Part shown: positions 60,021-64,000 of the stretch, one piece after another
Numbering within the stretch: the first letter of the stretch is position 1
Layout of the letters: every line of letters starts with the position of its first letter
Source: the human T2T-CHM13v2.0 reference genome, Homo sapiens
DNA length: 64,000 nucleotides
NCBI RefSeq assembly: GCF_009914755.1
Contig: NC_060937.1
Direction: 5' to 3' (one strand)
Notes under the pieces: generated by a model
Databases searched by the model: none
What the model was told of the DNA's origin: nothing
The model's input: only the letters and a program-made list of their open reading frames with translations
Translations under genes and position numbers: made by a program

Positions 60021-60830
60021 CAAGGTAAATAAGTACTAAAAGAAATACAAAACTTGTAATTGCAAGGTGTAGTTCAATCCTTTTTAAGTGGCAAAGGCCA
60101 GTTCCCTCTCCTGATGACCTGGGGTCTGTCTGCTGAGTCTAGCTGTCTCTCTGAGGATTGGATTTACCCGAGACAGAGGCAGCAGCAACACACGTACTCT
60201 TTCTGGGAGAAAGCAACCATGTGACCTTCTCCCACAGGCCACAGGATAAGGTCGTCTTCTCAACGCAGTGAGCCCCACTTTTATGTGAAAGACTCGCAGG
60301 TGAGGCGAGGGCTGGGATTTGTTATAGAGTCCCAGATCTCATCCATAGAGAGTTTGAAGGTTGGGACTTGAATTTAGTGCCTTGGTCAGTTATTAAATAT
60401 CTTAGAAAAAGGCTTATCTAAAATAACAAAACATCCATTTAAAATACTTTATAACACACATTCAAAAGAAGACAATTTTGTCATTCTAAGTACACATAAG
60501 CTCTTGAAGCCATTAGCAAAGTATTACCTATATCAGGAACTCCTAGCTTTATTTCCTTAAATACATTAAGTTCATTTTTTTGTGAAGCATTTATTTGCAT
60601 AAATTGCTTAAATTGACTTTCAGGAAGAAAAAAAACTATACTTTCTTAAGAATCTTGAAAAAATTCTTAATTATGTAGCCACTAAATGATGTATAGACTT
60701 ATTTAGAAAACGTTTTCTTCTTGAGGAGCAGGGAGTGGGTTGCGGCCCAATCCATTTTGGCCTCACTCTGGAACTCCCTTCAGTGCTGGGTCCCCCAGGT
60801 CAATGTAATTGTCGTCTATTAGGTATTTCA

Positions 60831-61446
<616 letters not shown>

Positions 61447-62747
61447 GATAATTCAGTGGTTTCTACAGAGTAAAGTTCTGCATATAAAGTATATGACAGA
61501 AGCAGAGTGTTCTCCTTGAACTTCTTGTCTTCTCTAATGTTCCTTCTTAGCAGGAAGTTGGAATCTTTAAGTCCTTCATTACTTAAGGGAGTATCCTTTT
61601 AAAAGACTCTAAATATGGCATTTCTGTTGGATTACACCTTAGATCAATTTTTCCTTGTAAGAAGAAAACTCTCATTTGAAATACAATCTGTCAGAAGGTG
61701 ACAGCTGTTTTTTGTTGGATGTAGAATTAAGTAAACAGTTAAGACAGTTGAGCTTTTACTAAGATGATTTAATAAAGCTCATTAATGTTGTTGATTTACA
61801 TAGCTGACCCAAATAGAACACAAAATTCAACTCTGTGTTATCAAAATATATGGAAGAATTACATGCACGACTGATGTTAAATTCTAATTTCAAATTTAAT
61901 CAAATTTGTTAAGACAAAAGACAACACAAAGAAGGAAATCTTCGAAATATTGGGAAATGTTTTACATGTATTTTTCTTTGTTTTGTAACCCATGTGAAGT
62001 GCTTAGTCTACCTCATCAGGAAAGTACTAATAGCTTCACTTCTATGATAAAAAATGAGTTATTTTTGAGATTATAGATCAAAGCTATTAAATCAATCAAT
62101 ATAAAAGCCAATGAGTAGTCAGAGAAGGGCTTTAGTGCTCAGTAAACATCCTCCCTTCTCTATCAGTCATATCTACAGTAATGAATCAGAGAGAAAGCAT
62201 TTGACCCAGCAAAATTTACTCCCCTGTCTGAATCGTGATTTCTACAGTTCTGATCCTCAGAGAGCAAGCCACGTAGATTTTTTTTCTTTTTTCTGTTTCC
62301 ATGCCCAGTTCTTTCAATCTTTGTTCACTGCATCGTGACTGAGGATGTCATACAGTCTACTAGATAAGCATGTGATTCACTTTTCATATATTAAGATCTC
62401 TCAGCTTTCCTTCAGCTTTATGGGAGTGGAAGGGAGGGGGATTATATTTTATTTCTTATTCCAGTAGCTCCTGAGTGTTGATAATTAGGTTTGGCTGTGA
62501 ATCTTGTGAAGTGTGAGAAATAAGCTATGAATTGTCATAATAAAAACAATTGGCAACATTTAATATTTATTATTTTCTGAGCACTAACTCCTTTAATCCT
62601 CCCACAATCCCATGAGAATTGCTATATCCTTGTTGCAGAGATAAAGAAGAATCTTAGGGACAGGAGACCCCAGGCAATGGCACATGCTAATAGTGAGAGA
62701 GATAGGACTTGAACTTGAGAACTGATTGGAGCCTGCTCAATCAGTTG

Positions 62748-62840
62748 TAGTAATAATGATAGTAATAATGATAATACTAATAACATAGTAACAATGATAA
62801 CAGTGTAATATTGTAGTAATAATGATAATAGTGTAATACT
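62748..62840. repeat. Degenerate (TAA/TAG/TGA)n trinucleotide tract between MIR fragments
   Basis: tagtaataatgatagtaataatgataatactaataac... Confidence 0.8.
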
Positions 62841-63339
62841 ATGCCAAATACAATGAAATGGAAAGAGAATGGCATGGGGTTCAAAGTCTGCAATATGGGT
62901 TCAGGTTAAAGTCATGACCAAACTAGTAGTGTGACCTTGAGCAAGTTATTTAACTTGGCTAAGCCTCAGTTTCCTCCTTTGAAAAATGGATTTAGTAATA
63001 CAAGGGCAGGTAACAGGCTTGTCTTCCTTGAATGCCTGTTGTCCCTCTGCTGTGTTTCCTTTCCCTCTACTCACAACTTTCTCCCTACCTCCTTGGATCC
63101 CCTTCCCTTTCCTGCATGCATTCATTTTGAAGCTCAACTCATTATACAGCTAAAGTGCTAGAGAAAACCTGTAAATGGCCAAGGTTGTGCTACACACTCT
63201 ATGATGGGCACTAAAAACCAGCAATCAATAAGAGTGAGGTTAGGGGATAGTCTTAAATTATGCAGAGAAGCATTATTTATTGAACTTGTTATTCTGCAGA
63301 TTTGCATTTCCCAATGTGTATTTTTTATATTAACAGGAG

Positions 63340-63696
63340 TGTATTAGTCCGTTTTCATGCTGCTGATAAAGACATACCCAAGACTGGGCAATTTAGAAAA
63401 GAAGCAAGTTTATTTGGACTTACAGTTCCACGTGGCTGGGGAAGCCTCACAATCATGGTGGAAGGCAAGGAGGAGCAAGTCACATCTTACATGGATGGCA
63501 GCTGGCAAGGATAGAAAGCTCATGCAGGGGAACTCTTCTTTTTAAAACCATCAGATCTTGTGAGACTTATTCACTGTCATGAGAACAGCACGGGAAAGAC
63601 TTGCCCCCATGATTCAATTACCTCCCACCAGATCCCTCCCACAACAGGTGGGAATTCAAGATGAGATTTGGGTGGGAACAGAGCCAAACCATATAA
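63340..63696 (-). mobile_element. THE1A-like LTR (3' LTR of a provirus)
   Basis: tgtattagtccgttttcatgctgctgataaagacatacc...ggaattcaagatgagatttggg...ccaaaccatat. Confidence 0.92.
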
Positions 63697-64000
63697 TTCC
63701 ACCCCTGGCCCCTCCCAAATCTCATGTTCTTACACTTAAAAAGAAATCATGCCTTCCCAACAGTCCCCCAAATTCTTAATTCATTTCAGCATTAACTCAA
63801 AAGTCCACAGTTCAAAGTCTCATCCAAGACAAGGCAAGTCCCTTCCACCTATGAGCCTGTAAAATCAAAAGCAGGTTAGTTACTTCCTAGATACAGTGGA
63901 GGTACAGGCAGTGGGAGAAGTTGGCCAAAACAAAGGGGCTACAGGCCCCATGCAAGTTGGAAATCCAGCAGGGTAGTCAAATCTTAAAGTTCCGAAATGA
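63697..64000 (-). mobile_element. THE1 internal region, continues beyond the window
   Basis: Antisense polypurine tract ttccacccctggcccc abuts the LTR, then cagcattaactcaaaagtccacag...gttacttcctagatac. Confidence 0.9.

Overview
Primate (human-like) non-coding genomic DNA, either intergenic or deep intronic, dominated by transposable elements. I find no credible host protein-coding exon, RNA gene or CpG-island promoter, and cannot identify the locus. The only real protein-coding sequence is a 5'-truncated, inactivated L1PA2-type LINE-1 on the minus strand (11421-16145) with a perfect 18-bp target-site duplication (TSD). Other content: about 15 Alu/FLAM copies, two HAL1-like elements, solo LTRs (MST, MLT2A1, LTR8-like, THE1, MER61, MER41, MLT2D, MLT1), an LTR16/ERVL partial provirus, a THE1A LTR plus internal sequence, L2/MIR relics and microsatellites. 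I do not see a new multi-gene system. The most unusual signals are small: a 69-nt fold-back palindrome inside an MLT2 LTR, a tail-less Alu with its 5' 82 nt inverted, an inverted L2 segment bounded by a perfect 13-bp inverted repeat, a MER41 LTR with both STAT1 GAS motifs intact, and THE1/MLT2A1 LTRs with DUX4-type motifs and splice donors. Subfamily names come from remembered consensus sequences, not a database search. Boundaries of old elements are approximate.
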